This document shows, one piece after another, positions 1-14,230 of a stretch of 64,000 bases of DNA; the stretch's first letter is position 1, and each line of letters starts with the position of its first letter. Below the pieces are notes generated by a model, which did no database searches, was not told the origin of the DNA, and saw only the letters and a list, made by a program, of their open reading frames with translations. The DNA is taken from assembly GCF_009914755.1 (NCBI RefSeq), contig NC_060947.1; one strand, given 5' to 3'. This DNA comes from the human T2T-CHM13v2.0 reference genome, Homo sapiens. A program made the translations under genes and the position numbers.

Positions 1-939
1 TATTAAAATGCTTTTAAGCTGAAAGTCAGGAAACCCAGAGTTCAGATTTTTTCTCTCCTTAGGCATTAAGATAGTTTCTTCTCTATGGCTCAGGTTATCA
101 ATCAGTAAAATGGGAATTATTTTATTCACCTATATCAATAGGAGATCAATATTTTTTACCCACTATTCAAAGTCAGTAAAAAATTAACTTGGAAACTTAG
201 AAAAAATAGTTTTAAAAAACCACACTCTGTTTCTGTTTTCTGTTAACTTTTACTAAGAGTTTGTGCTTATAGACTAACACATAATTTAATTCAAGTATGC
301 TTTCTTTCAGTCTAGTTACACAGAAATTTAATTTAAAAACAAAAGAGGTATCAGTGGAAACAGCTGAGCGCTAGTAAAAGTGCTTAAACCTGAGAAATTT
401 TAGAAATTGCTTTAAGTGGTTCAATCTGGAGGTAAATGTCTTCAGTTCGGGAACTAGCATTTTAGTGTATCTACAGCAGTACTTGGTATAGCATTAGTGT
501 GACAGGACTGCCAGGTTCCTAAATCTAGCACCTCCTATGTAGTTCTGTGGTTTTGTTCCTCCTTCCAGCTGCCTTGGGTTCAAATCAGAAGGTGTCTTAA
601 AAGAGCTCAAATGTGGAACACACTATGCACCAGGTAAATTTAAATGGCTTTCATTACCCTCTGTTTGAGTGTTTGCCTTATATTCTTCATTAATTGAATA
701 ACTTTGTAGTTGGCCAAGCACTTTTATGTTGATATTGTATTGGAGTACATGTAAATTACCCAACAGTTGCTGGGAGGTGAAGCAACCTGCCTGAAGCAAG
801 GCTAGAATTGCAGCCCAAGGCATCTCCTGTAATTCCTTTGCCCTTTCCCCTGCATTGCCAGTGCCTCAGGGCAGCATCCAGTTCCTAATCTCCCTGAAAA
901 GACAGAACTCCACTCTCTGAACTTTACATATATTTATTT

Positions 940-1240
940 TATTTTATTTTATTTTATTTTATTTTTCTGAGATGGAATCTTGCTCTGTTGCCCAGGCAAT
1001 GGCACGATCTCAGCTCACTGCAACCTCTGCCTCCTGGGCTGAAGTGATTCTCCTGCCTCAGCCTCCTGAGCAGCTGGGACTACAGGCACCCACCACCACA
1101 CATGGCTAATTTTGGTATTTTTAGTAGAGATGGGGTTTCACCATGTTGCCCAGGCTGGTCTCAAACTCCTGACCTTGTGATCTACACACCTCAGCCTCCC
1201 AAAGTGCTAGGACTAAAGGCATAAGCCACCATGCCTGGCC
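940..1240 (-). mobile_element. Alu (AluS-like)
   Basis: Antisense Alu with T-rich tail; TSD-like flanks acatatatttattt / acatgtatttattt. Confidence 0.95.
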
Positions 1241-1294
1241 ACATGTATTTATTTTCTAACACCACAGTATCAGAGAAGTACTGTTATCTCAGTA

Positions 1295-1658
1295 CAGTAG
1301 TCCCCCTTTATTCATAGCAAGGGTTATGTTGCAAGACCCCTAGTGGATGCCTGGAACCGAGGATACTACTGAACCCTATGGATTCTGTTTTTTCAATTTA
1401 ATAACTGAGAAGGCCACTAAGCGACTTAGGGGCAGGGAGTGTATACAGGGTGGATCTGCTGGACAAAAGGATAGTTCTCCAGAGCACGGTAGAGCAGAAA
1501 CATTGTGAGATATCATCACGCTACTCAGAATGGCAAGTAATTAAAAATTTAGGAATTGTCTATTTTCTGGAATTTCCCACTTAATATTTTCAGAACTTGG
1601 TTAATCTCAGGTAACTGAAACCTCAGAAAGCGAAACAGTGCATAAAAGGGGATTACCA
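1295..1658. mobile_element. MER44-type (Tigger7-derived) DNA transposon
   Basis: TIR cagtagtccccc...; internal gacccctagtggatgcctggaacc. Confidence 0.75.
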
Positions 1659-1923
1659 TAAATAAAAATAAATGTTATTTTTGTTTTAAATGTCTCTAAG
1701 TGATCTGCATCGAAACCTAAACTTTGAGGTAAGATTCTCTACCCAATCTTTAAGCCTGAATGGAATTTATTAAACTACTGAGCTCTTTTCTCCCACAATG
1801 AATAATTTACTCTTCAGCCAGGCATGCCTGTGAAATACTTAAGTGAAAGCTACACAAATGATCACAACAATAAAATTCTTATTAACTCACATATAAAACA
1901 TATTATGGTATTTGCAGCTAGGT

Positions 1924-1937
1924 GTTGCTATGGCAAC
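1924..1937. promoter_or_regulatory. RFX X-box motif
   Basis: GTTGCTATGGCAAC, one mismatch from the palindromic consensus GTTGCCATGGCAAC, in apparently non-repetitive DNA. Confidence 0.55.
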
Positions 1938-3147
1938 AGTTAAAAAAATTTTTTTAAACATTTGTCACACTAAATGAAGTATGGGATGTACTTTTTTGTT
2001 AACTGTGAATTTACATGACCTGCAACACGACAATGGCTTAATGGGAGCTAAACAAAGGGTGCAGTTTCCCCTCCCTCTTCCTGCCTGTTTCCCCTTTCTC
2101 CTAGGAGCCATTTCAGGCTTTCTATCTTGATTAACTGTGTCTTAGTAATTGGAGCTTACAGCTCAGAACAGTAATTCTGTCCCATAATTGTAGATGTTAA
2201 ATTTTAATTCTACTCTGTAATTGGCAATAATCAGGCCATGTTCTGGCTTTTCTGGAGTGCTCAATTAGAGGCCTGTGGCCTCCTCTTTCTTCCCCTTCCA
2301 GCAAAGCATCTATTCTTGACTCATCCCCATCTGAATGATTGTGTCTATAGTTAAAAGATATGATAAATATTCTTAGATTTGGAAGACTTTGAAAAGGAGT
2401 ATCCTAATTACTATTGTTCACTTGATTGAAAATTTCCCAGCTCTAAAGCTACATTCTGTTAAACATGGGGTCACTGAAGCTTTCATTTGCTTCAAAAAAA
2501 GGTCATTTTATGTGGTCAGCAGCTAACAGTATAAAATAATAGTAATTTTATTTCTATTTCTTTTAAACAAAGAGAACTTTTTCTAAATTAAAGAAAACAG
2601 AAAAAGAAAACATAAGATTAATTGGGTTTTCACTTAGCATATTTCTGAAGCAATTTGCCTTCCCTTAAAAAGACAGTTTCTCCAAGTGTGTTATTATTCA
2701 AAATACTCCTACCCAAAGGTTTCCCTAAGAAAGGAGCCCCTGTTTTTAAAATGCCCTGCATTATATACCGCTTTGGGAGGTTTGCAGTATGTTCTAGACA
2801 TTTAAGACCTCTGATGATTCCTGCAATAACAAACGCTATTTGGTTTACTTTTAACTTTTCAAAGCTTAGATTAACCCATTGCTTCCCAGATAACTGTAAG
2901 ACACTGCTTTCTTGTGACTTACATTGAACTGTGCTTATAATTCACTCACCCATTTTTAAGTCCAGAGCTTCTACTGTATAAACATATTAAGGTAATCATG
3001 TTAGGGTTCTAAAAATTCCTGAAAATGCATAATTAAAGGGGAAATGATTAAGTTCCTTTTTAAGAAAGCAAAATAAATGCTGCCTTTAGAAAAAGACATG
3101 CTAAAGCTTGTAAGATTAAAATTAAAAATAAAATCATTTTTTAATAG

Positions 3148-3268
3148 CAGAGTTTCTCAGCCATGGCTCTATTGACATTTGAAGCCAGATGCTTTTTGTT
3201 ATGGGGGTGTCTATCTTATGCACTGTAGGATGCTAGGCAGCATTTCTGGCTTCTACCCATTACATGCA
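3148..3268. mobile_element. MER20-like hAT-Charlie fragment
   Basis: cagagtttctcagcc...ctattgacattt...gcactgtaggatg...ggcttctaccca. Confidence 0.65.
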
Positions 3269-3782
3269 GTAAGGGAGGGAAAAATGGCTTCCCTCCACCC
3301 TTCTACATTCTTTGACTATACTATGAACTAAACTGACATAAGACAGATTAATAGGAGAAAAAAATAGGTAATTATGTACATACGCACAGGAGTCCCACAA
3401 AATATGAGAGTCTAAGAAGAGCCAGGTAATTGAAGCTTATATAGCATCCTGAGCTACAGAAAGGAATAGTGGCTTGGGGCTTCTCTGGGGAGGTGGCATC
3501 AAGTCATGGGCAGGTGAGAGGAAGAAATGTGTGGTGAATGAAGCTTGTCTTGCTGTACAAATAAAAAGTCTCTCAGGTATAAAACTTGTCTCTGAGCAGC
3601 CCTCTTTCTGACACAGATACTTTGACTAATGTAGATTTCCTTTATAGATGTAATTTTTTACAAAATTTTTACCAAAGGACAGTTTCATCATAGCGACTCT
3701 TATGTCTGCAGTTTTTCAGAATAGCCAGCTCTAAATATGCTAAAGAAGTATATTTAAGGGTGACATATTCTGATCTCCTATA
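3269..3782 (-). mobile_element. MER34-like ERV1 solo LTR
   Basis: The reverse strand begins taggagatcagaatatgtcaccc...aaatatacttctttagcata, typical of MER34-family LTR starts. Confidence 0.65.
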
Positions 3783-4309
3783 GTCATTTTTTGAGTTGAT
3801 GTATCCTGAGCCCCAATAGTTCTTAACGTAATTGAGGGGCAAGTCCAAGAAATTTTCAAAGAGAACACTGATCAAGTGCTTTGGCTTTGTACCTTTAAAG
3901 CACAACAGAGCTCTGCCTGTCTTATTAAAAAGGACTTAAAAAGGAAATTTGACTTTTATTCTTAGTTCACTGGTTAATAGCTGCTCAAAAACTCTTCTAG
4001 TTTGAAAACTCTCAGAACAAAATGAAGGATAAAAAAGTAGACCAGACCTATGTAGAAGGAATCTTAGAGTGAAGTGGGTAGACCAGCATGCCAGAGACTT
4101 CCTCAGAGACCAAGTCCCCAAAACTGTGATTGCTTCTTAAAGACTAAATTCATTTACAGTGGTAATATGGAGCCATGGAGGAAAATTTCACTTTTCAAGA
4201 CACTTTTTCCCTGACTCCAGTCCCAGTACATATTCTCTTGCGTTTATAAGTTTGTCACTTAACGGGGGTCCATATAGTCTTAACTCCCTGGTTGAGAGAC
4301 ATACTAGAG

Positions 4310-5445
<1,136 letters not shown>

Positions 5446-6171
5446 GGGGTATTTTAAATACACATTGAAAGGTAGATGTAAATTTCAGGGCTGGGATTTA
5501 TAAACATCTTCAACCCAATAAAATGCCACATTGAAAATTAGGCTTTTCCTCTGACACTCTCCTAATCTCCTGAGGTTGCTCATTAAATAAGAACATCTAT
5601 GAAGACTAGTCTCCCTTCCTGACAGCTTTTGTATCAGTCTTCCCCTTCCATGAACTCGTTAAAAGAAGCCCTAATTTCAGGAGAGAGACTGCCAGTCCCT
5701 TGGCCATCTGCTGGAAATGACAGATCAGGGAGGTCCCTTAAGTGATGCCATTCATAGAGAACCTATTTGATGTACATGATTATTTGAATGCTATTAATAA
5801 AAGAAATAAAAAGTGTACTTTATCCTGAACATCATAATTTATTGTCAGTCTTTTCATGAATCTATAAGGTCAACTATCCTCTTGTTTTCCTCATCTGTTA
5901 AGTAGATCATAAAAAAAATAAGTAGTAAATTCACATTTATAAGTAAAGGTCTTTTTTTTTTTTTTCCAGAACCGTATCTTATTTCCCCTATGACCTTTGC
6001 TGTTGCTCGGTCCTAATAAAATTGAGGCCCAGGTGGATGATGCTAACATTCTTAGAATCAAGCCAAGTTAGAGCTTCAAGGAACCTTTTAGCATTGAATT
6101 CAGTGGTTCTTGAATTCCCCTTTGAGAACCTGTTGACAGCTAGTAGCCCTTTCCCCCAGGAAGATGCATAT

Positions 6172-6654
6172 TGTAGGCAGAATGATAGCCCTCCAAAGAT
6201 GTCTATACCCTCATGCCCCAAATCTGTGAATATATTACATTACATGACAAAGGACAGTTCAGATTGCAGATGGAATTGAGGTTTCTTATCAGCTGACCTT
6301 AAAACAGGGAGATCATCTTGGATCATCTACACAGATTCAGTGTAATCACAAGGGTCCTTAAATGTGCAAGAGGGAAGCAGAAGAGTCAGAGCGATATGAG
6401 GTGAAAAAGACTTGATGGGCCATTGCTGGCTTTGAAGATGAAAGGGGCCCATGAGCCAAGGAATGTGAGCAGCCTCTAGAAGCTGGAAAACACAAGGAAA
6501 CAGACTCCCCCCTAGGGCCTTCAGAAAGGAACCAGCCCTGCCAACACCCTGATTTTAGCCTAGAAAGACCCATTTCAGACTTCGGATAAATCTGTGTTAT
6601 TTTAAGCCACTAAGCTCATGGTAATTTGTCATGGCGGCAATGGGAAACTAACAC
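6172..6654 (+). mobile_element. MLT1 (MLT1D-like) MaLR LTR
   Basis: tgtaggcagaatgatagccctccaaagatg...agctggaaaacacaaggaaacagactccccc...ggaaactaacaca. Confidence 0.8.
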
Positions 6655-7649
6655 AATGCATAACCATGTCTACATATCCAACTTTGTATACAGTTCCAGG
6701 GAGGACTGACCCCAGGGTAAGGGCTTCATGATGTGTTCCAAAATCTCATCCGATGGATGTCAGTAGAACCCAAACCCCTTGACTTCTGATCGCCAAAGCT
6801 CTTTGTATATAAAAGAAAAAACACTCACCTTCCTACAGCCAAGTTCAGAGTTAAAATGGGCTATCGTTAGATGCTCTTCTCTAATAATAATAAAGCCTTT
6901 GACTTCAAGTTGGACCCAAAACATTTTTAATGAAACTAAAATAAGAAAAAGAGGTTTAATCCAGACTTGTAATTGATCATGCTGAAGTTGGAGAGGAAAC
7001 ATTTAAAAAATTCTGAACAGAGCCCACATTAATGCAGATCCCTGAGATATGTCTGGGTCTGTGAGGACACAGGAGGCAGTCATCTGTCCAGAGAAATTTA
7101 TATTTATACCATACCACATCCTCATCTGCTTAAGGCCTGCTGGCTCCATTTGTGAAACAAGAAACCTGCCAGTCTTTTCTTTCAAGACAGTACCCTCAGG
7201 CACTCTTCTGTGAGAATTCAAGCAAGGAAAACAAATCTTTTCTCAGGGTTGCAGAAGGCAGGCTAATAGTAATGGCAAGATAAAGTGGATGTTATTGCTC
7301 AGAGGGCACCTTCCTGATGGGATCCTGGGGTATTCGGATGGGGCTCTTTCCACACCCCATGGTAATCCACTGCTATGAGTATCATTAAAGGCTTAGAAAT
7401 TATCTTTAGCACATTGTTTATAAACAAAAAAGGAAACAGAGATCATTGAGGGTAGAGTATTCACCATTTTTTAGCCATTTTCTCTCTGCCGTAGGGAAAG
7501 GTGTAGGAGTGGGCATTCACTCTGAGGACAGTTTAATGAGCTGTGTCTGTCACCTGGACTGGTCAGAGGTCTTTGAGGGACCAGGAATTCCTGAATTCCA
7601 TGATAGTTGTCAATTTAAGGCTCTGATTACTGTTACATTGCAAATTCAT

Positions 7650-8200
7650 GGATCTGAATTCTGAGGCCCTTGAGAAAAAGAATTATGTGTTTTTCATCAT
7701 CCCACAGTAGCAAAAGCCTCATATATAGTGGGGGCTCAGTAAATGTTTATTAGTTACTGGGGAGAGATGACACTTTAGTTTTAATCCACAGCTGTTTATT
7801 AATTCCAACCATTGCGTTAGGTGCTCTGGATTTCTAAAATAAATCACCAAAAGAACCTTCCCTCCTGGAGAAGGCTACGGTCCAGAGTAGATGAGAGAAG
7901 ATCCTTATGCAGGCAATGGTAATTGATCAAAATATGATACATGCAATGGGAGAAGTAGGAAGAAAGTGAGGGGGGATTATGGAGTGGGGAGATGCTATTT
8001 CTAGAGTGAGGCTTAGGAAGGCTTTTGGGTAGAGGCTTCATTTGAATTGGTGTGGGTGGTCTGTAGGATTTTTTGAGATGAAGATGGTGGAAGAGTTATG
8101 CCTCAAGAAGAGGGCAGTGTGGGCAAGGAGATGAGAGTGTGTGGGGAGCCTGAAGCCAGCAAGCTTGGCTAAATCTAAAGTGATAGGAAGGGTGAGGAAG
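7650..8200. mobile_element. L2 fragments
   Basis: Degenerate L2 3'-end motifs (ctcagtaaatgtttatt; gtgctctgga...ggagaaggctac). Confidence 0.45.
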
Positions 8201-8494
8201 AGTGGGTTATTAGTCATTTAAACCCAGTGCAACCTAAGAGAGTAGCTTGGATGGGACCAAGGGCTAAGGACAAGAGGCCATAGCTGATAAGGAATGGAGG
8301 AAGGTGCCCAAGAAGGCAGGGCTTGAAAGCTGGGGAACCAAAAGAAATGTGCCTGAACATAAGCTAGACCTCAGATGGCTGGCAAACTGGAGTGGATGCA
8401 AGAGTTTCAGGGCCATTGAAAAGAAAGTTCTACATCTGTCCACTTTGGAGGCTGCATGCAACACTCACATGCCTACCTATTGGGGTATTATTGG

Positions 8495-8863
8495 GGTCTT
8501 AGTCAACTTGGGCTGCCATAACAAAATACCAACGATTGGGTGGCTTAAAAGATAGACATTTATTTTATCACAGTTCTGGAGGCTAGAAGTCCATGATTAG
8601 TGTGCCAGCATGGTCAGTTCTAGGTGAAGGCCCGCTTTAGGGCTTGCAGATAGCTGCCTTCTTGCTCTGTCTTCACATGGTAGACAGAGACAGCAAGCTC
8701 TCTGGTGTCTCTTCTTATAAGGGCACTAATCTCATCATGAGGGCCTTCCCCTCTTGACCTCATCTAAACCTTATTATGGCCCAAAGGCCCCATCTCCAAA
8801 TATCATATTTGGGGTTAGGGCTTCAACACAGGAATTTTAGGGGTCACAATTCAGTCCACAGCA
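8495..8863 (-). mobile_element. MLT1A-like MaLR LTR
   Basis: tcttagtc...gggctgccataacaaaatacc...cagttctggaggctagaagtcc...cacaattcagtccacagca. Confidence 0.8.
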
Positions 8864-10619
8864 CTGGGTCAGAGGATTATGCCTGGGAGGTCCCAATCTA
8901 GCTGCAGTGGCAGCAGAGAGTAGGACTGCTCACCCGCTGGTGTTGCCAGTAAGATCAGATTGCAGTGAGATCTTTCTAGGATGTGCCTTGGTGACTAGTT
9001 TTATGTTTTTTTTATCCACTGTCTACAGTGGGTCATTATCAGATCTAAGTTGGGGCACAGTTTTTTGAGGTGATCATGATATTGAACTGACAGACTCACA
9101 CGAAACCCCAAATGGATGTAAATGTAGATATAGATAGAAAATCCGTGTCTATTGTATAATTATAAATGTCTACACCTAACTTGTATTCTGAGATATATAT
9201 ATACATACTGTATAGTGTGTTTGTGTGTTTATGTTACTGTTTTCGAACCCTTTTTTATTATCTATACCACCAGCAAAAGAAGCCTTTTTAAGTATTTTCT
9301 ATTAATTGCACTCGCTAACATTTTAATATCGCAAATATGCTGCATATAAGTTTATATACTGTATGTGTATCTGTGCTTTACATATAGAAAGAATAAAATT
9401 TTTGCCCCCCAAAAAACAATTTTCATCCTTGTTGGAGCAATGCTGTCCCTATTGAGAATGCATGATATATATATGTAGATGTGTATCTGTGTCTATGTAT
9501 GCATGTGTGTGTCACCTTACTGCACAAAAGAGTTTAGGATGCCAAATTAGATGTTGTTTATGCATTCACAATGGAAAATGTAACTTTCCAAAGGAATGAA
9601 TATTCCTGTCTTCTATCCAGGTATCAGGAAAGTTGAAGTAGTAAATGGGGGTGAAAAAAAGAAACTGCTTAAAGAGCACTGAGTCAAAAGAAAATAAATT
9701 GGATAGTCATGGAGAATATTTCATCCAAGGTATAGAAATGCCTGGAATAACTATCTCCCACCCTAACACTAAAACCTGACTTTAGTGAAAAAATCTATGT
9801 AGCTCTGTAATATATAAAATGTTGCTGTTTGATAGTGCTAAATGAATTCTCAAAATCGGTTTTTTCCATTCTACTTTTTCTAGACACTCTTCAGACCATT
9901 CTTCCAATTTTATAATACAACTATTGTCTCAGACTTCTTACAATGCAACTGAGTAGCTTATAGCCCTTGAGAACATCTTAGTTTTCTTAATTGGATTAGA
10001 CTGCAGACTCTAGCCTATCTTCAGGGACACATTTCAAAGCCATCTACTAAGGAGAGTTACTTCAGTAGATCCATTATGTATTGTTTTGAGTCATTTCAGC
10101 TTCCGGGACAATCGGTTTCTGACCTTGTCTCTAAATCCTTGTGGTCCCCCAGTGGAGCCCACGTGCAGGGATCGTGAGTCAGGGACCGGACTGGGCATGC
10201 TCTGTTCAGCTTGCTAGCAGATGTTTAGCTTTCTAGCTCCATTGTAAAGTAGTAATGCTTTTCATATTTTATTTTTTTAAACCCATAGATTTTTTTTAGA
10301 CAAAAATCAATTTCTTGATTCATCAGAAGCTGATTATTGAGTTAGTACCTTTTCTGAATTCTTCCTGGACAGAAAGTTGAATCCAGTTTGCTTCATGAAT
10401 GCTTTTTTACAGTCCAAAGGTATTGACAATAAACAAAAGAAAACCGAAAAGACTTTCTTGTCACAGCTCCAGAAAATGATGAGATTGAAGGAAAGAAGAC
10501 ATTAAAACTAAGGGATAAAATGTCTTTGGAAAATAAAACTTTACTCCATTAGAAGGAAAGCTATTGGAATAGGTTAAAAGTTCAGATTACAGATTTGTTT
10601 AAAAATAAAAATGAATTTC

Positions 10620-12110
10620 CACTTCCAGTATGGCCAAAGAAGTTCCTACCAGACTGATCTTGCATAAAACAACTATAAACTCTGGACAAAATAAAAAATA
10701 TTTAAAGACCACAAGGCATTGAAAAATGAACAAAAGCAGTTAGATTCAAGAGGGGAGTTGACACTTGGAAGAAAGGAATGACAAGAGGTAAGTTTACCAG
10801 TTTTTGTGGCTTTTAGTCTAAGGCATGTCACAGTTGGCCCCATGTCCAGTGGCTAAAACTCTAATAGAAAACCTATAGTTTTTCTGGCCTGAAGAACAAG
10901 GGGCCAGAGTTTGGGGCAACCAGTCCTGCTGGAAAATAAAGAGAGAAATCCCATAAAGGAGAAAGCCAAAGAAGATGTACCCTTCATTCTCTGTACAGTA
11001 GTCTCCCCTTATCTGCAACATACCAACATCCCCCAGTTGATGCCTGAAACCACAGATAGTACTGAAACCCTATATATACAATGTTTTTCCTATACCCATG
11101 ATAAAGTTTAATTTATAAATTAGGCACAGGAAGATTAACAACAATAACTAATAATGAATAGACCATTTATAACAACATACTATAATAAAATTATGTGAAT
11201 GTGGTCTCTTTCTTGCTCTCAAAATGACTCACCCCTTCTCGTGATGATGTGAGATGATAAAATGCCTACGTGGTGAGATGAATTGAGGTGAGTGATATAG
11301 ACGTTGTGACATAGCTTTAGGCTACTATTGATCTCCTTATGCTACATCAAAAGGAGGATCACCTGCCTCTGATGCTCCTGGATTACTGAGCCATGACACT
11401 GTTGACCCTAGGATGTCAGGAGCAGACAATGTCAATGACTAATGGGTGTGTAGTATATATAGTGTGAATACACTGGAGAAAGGGATGATTCACTTCTTGG
11501 GAGGGATAGAGCAGGATGGCATGAGATTTCATTAGGCTACTAAGAATGGTGTACAGGTTAAAACCTATGCACAGTTCATTTCTGGAATTTTACATTTAAT
11601 ATTTTTGGACTGCAGTTGACCACAGATAACTGAAACTGTGGAAAGCAAAACTGCAAATAAACGTGGACTACTGTATAAACTCTGCTCAAATCTCTGGCTA
11701 ACTCCTGAACCACACGTGTGCAAGCAAGCTAGAAGCAGTCTAGCTAAAGATAAGAAAACCAAACTGAAATTTTAGCTAATGCCTAAAAGACAGTATGCAG
11801 TTTGAGTCCAACCAAATTAGTTGATTGAAATTCTGTTATGTTTCTCTGAAACAGTCTCCACAATATAACATCACAATGTCCAGGATATAATCCAAAATCA
11901 CTTGGCATATAAAGAAACAGGAAAATTACATGAACCATTCTTAGAGAAGATAATCAATAGAGACCAGGTGCAGATGAGCATAACCATCCTCAATGACCTA
12001 AAATATATGTGTAATAAATAAAAAGATAGGCAATCTCAGCAGAGAACTAGAAATTATTTTTCAAATTGAAATTTTAGAACTGAAAAATATGATATCTGAA
12101 AAGTAAGTAT
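10620..12110 (+). mobile_element. Old L1M 5' end / ORF1 start, interrupted by MER44
   Basis: cacttccagtatggcc...aactataaactctggacaaa; ORF1-like gaaattttagaactgaaaaatatgatatctgaaa at the 3' side. Confidence 0.55.
10996..11673. mobile_element. MER44 (long form; Tigger7-derived)
   Basis: TIRs cagtagtc... and ...gactactg, flanked by TA target duplications. Confidence 0.8.
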
Positions 12111-12289
12111 AACATGATTAAGATTCATATAACAATATATACTAGTGCTTGAAAAATAGTCAAGAAGAAATTTTGCTTAAACTAATGGCCAAGAATCATT
12201 TATAATCTGTTTATTAATTTTAAGCAAATAAATTCTACCAGAGTGGTATCCAGTAGGTACTTGAGTGTTTGAATAAATGTCTTACCAGG

Positions 12290-12780
12290 CCTCGTGTAGC
12301 CTGTCTCTCTGTCCTCATGTCCTGCTACTCTCCCTCGGCTCGTCCTCCTCCCGCCCACTGCCTGCTTGTGATTCCTTGAACATGCCAGGCACCCTGCAGC
12401 CTGAGGCCTTTGCATTTGCAGTTCCCTCTGCCAAGAATGCCCTTCTCTCAGGTATCCATGATTCACTCCCTCTCTTCCTTCAGATTCTTGCTCAAATGCC
12501 ATTTTCTCATGAGGCCTTTCCTGCCTCCACCTCCCACCCTGCCATCTGACACTTCTTTATTCATTTCCTATGTTATTTTCCTCCATACTTCTCATTAGCC
12601 TCTGACTTGGTGTATATTTGATCTCCATATTTTACTATGTCTCACTAGAATGTAAGTTCCCATGAGTGCAGGGATGTGTGTATGCTTGTCTGCTGTCTCT
12701 GCAGTGCTTAGAACAATGCCCGGCACATAATAGGTTATCAAAAATATTAAATGCATGCATGCAAGAATTAATGAATTATC
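12290..12780 (+). mobile_element. L2 3' region
   Basis: gcctttgcatttgcagttccctctgcc...ctagaatgtaagttcccatgag...cttagaacaatgcccggcacataatagg. Confidence 0.75.
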
Positions 12781-13082
12781 TTCTTACATCTAATTATACA
12801 ATATGCTATAATCATGAATTAATTGCCATGCTTTCACTATATGCCCTTCACGCAGATATTAAAGTAGATCCCTGAAGATGGTTGCTTTCTCTTTGTATTG
12901 GTTCCTTTCTGAGACAGAAAATGTAAGTAATAATAACTGCCTGATGAAAATAGTCTTCCAGTTTTCTTCAGACCATCCATGTCACCAGCAAATTCATTTT
13001 CCAAGGCTTAAAAACTTTCATGGCTTCCCCTATTCAGAATGTGCTTCACATCCTATCTTCCAAAGCTCCATGATATCGCCCT

Positions 13083-13545
13083 TGTCTCAGGTTGCATACC
13101 TGAGACAAGGATTTCTGGCAAAGTGATTTATTAGGAAATTTCGCTGGCAAACTCCCCTGTGGGAGGAGGGAGGCAGGACAGGGAAGGGAAGGAGACTGAG
13201 CAAGGGTGCAACATCCAGAAAATCCCATGAAGAGGACTTCTGCTCAGCCCTGCAGGAAAGCACTATGGACAGTGAAGGTCACACTTCATAGGTGTCTCCA
13301 TCTCTAAGGACAAGAAGCTGGAGTCATTCCACCCCCTTATCCTCCTACAGGCTCCTTTCTTTTCATTGTAAATTTTTTCCAGCTCTCTGTGCACACAGGC
13401 AAAGCAGCCCAGTGCTGTCAGCCAACCAAGAGACACAGGTGCTGGCTGTTGGGAGTGAAAGCCCCAGAAGGCAGCATGTAGTGAAACAGTAAAGGGATTC
13501 TGGGAATACGGGCGTGCACAAAACACTGACAGCATCTGCTGCCTT
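13083..13545. mobile_element. LTR16-like ERVL LTR
   Basis: ctgagacaaggatt...gtgatttattagg...ggaggcaggacagggaaggga pattern. Confidence 0.5.
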
Positions 13546-13979
13546 TTTAACTGGATTCTTACTACTTCCCGGTTGCAAAAGTCACTCATTGCTCTTCCTT
13601 CTATGCCTTTGCTTGCAACTCGCCTGCCTTCCCTCTCCCACCATCCAACTGATCCTTTAAGATTGATTTCCTATGCTCCCTCCTCAATCAAGCTTTTCTT
13701 GGATTTCAAAACCCTGTGGCACCCTCATTTCTCTGAATCTTCATTATGTCTTTGACCCTGGCATCTGCCACCACCTCTATTACTAATCTGCTATTGGTCA
13801 CTATGAGAACATATGCTCATCTGTCAAGAGTTTGCATTCTGATTACTCAGCTCCCTTCCAGGGCAAGAATTCTGCAATTGCATGACTTACAATATTCTAA
13901 AGTGTATTAAAATCATGAATACATTTATCAACCCTCATCAAATTGTAAACTTCTCAAGGATAAGAATATTTTGTCTTTT

Positions 13980-14230
13980 GGGGGAAAGGGATGAGAGCCC
14001 CAGGCCGGCTGAGACGGCCGGTCCAGGGAAGCTCCGCCAGTACTGGGCACACTCACCGAACATGGCTTCCAGCAGCCGCGTCTGGACCTGGAACACCTCT
14101 GGATCTTTCAGGTCTTCGGGAACTTTCACCCACGGCAGAATATTTCTACGTGCCGGGAGCGTTCCCATATTATGATCCTCATAACCAAAACCACGCTCCA
14201 GCGCAAGCCAGGCCTAACCGCACCAGCTGA
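13980..14230 (-). pseudogene. Unprocessed DPPA5-like fragment: 5' UTR, exon 1 CDS (14168-14057) and intron 1; downstream exons absent
   Basis: [41 protein letters not shown] matches the recalled human DPPA5 N-terminus ([38 protein letters not shown], 34/38). It is followed by a G|GTGAGT donor and a GC-rich intron ending in CTCTCATCCCTTTCCCCC. Confidence 0.9.

Noticed and set aside
13938-14168. The functional DPPA5 gene itself
   Set aside because: Exons 2 and 3 are absent, similarity ends at the intron, residues differ from the recalled DPPA5 sequence, and the context is a FRMPD4 intron.
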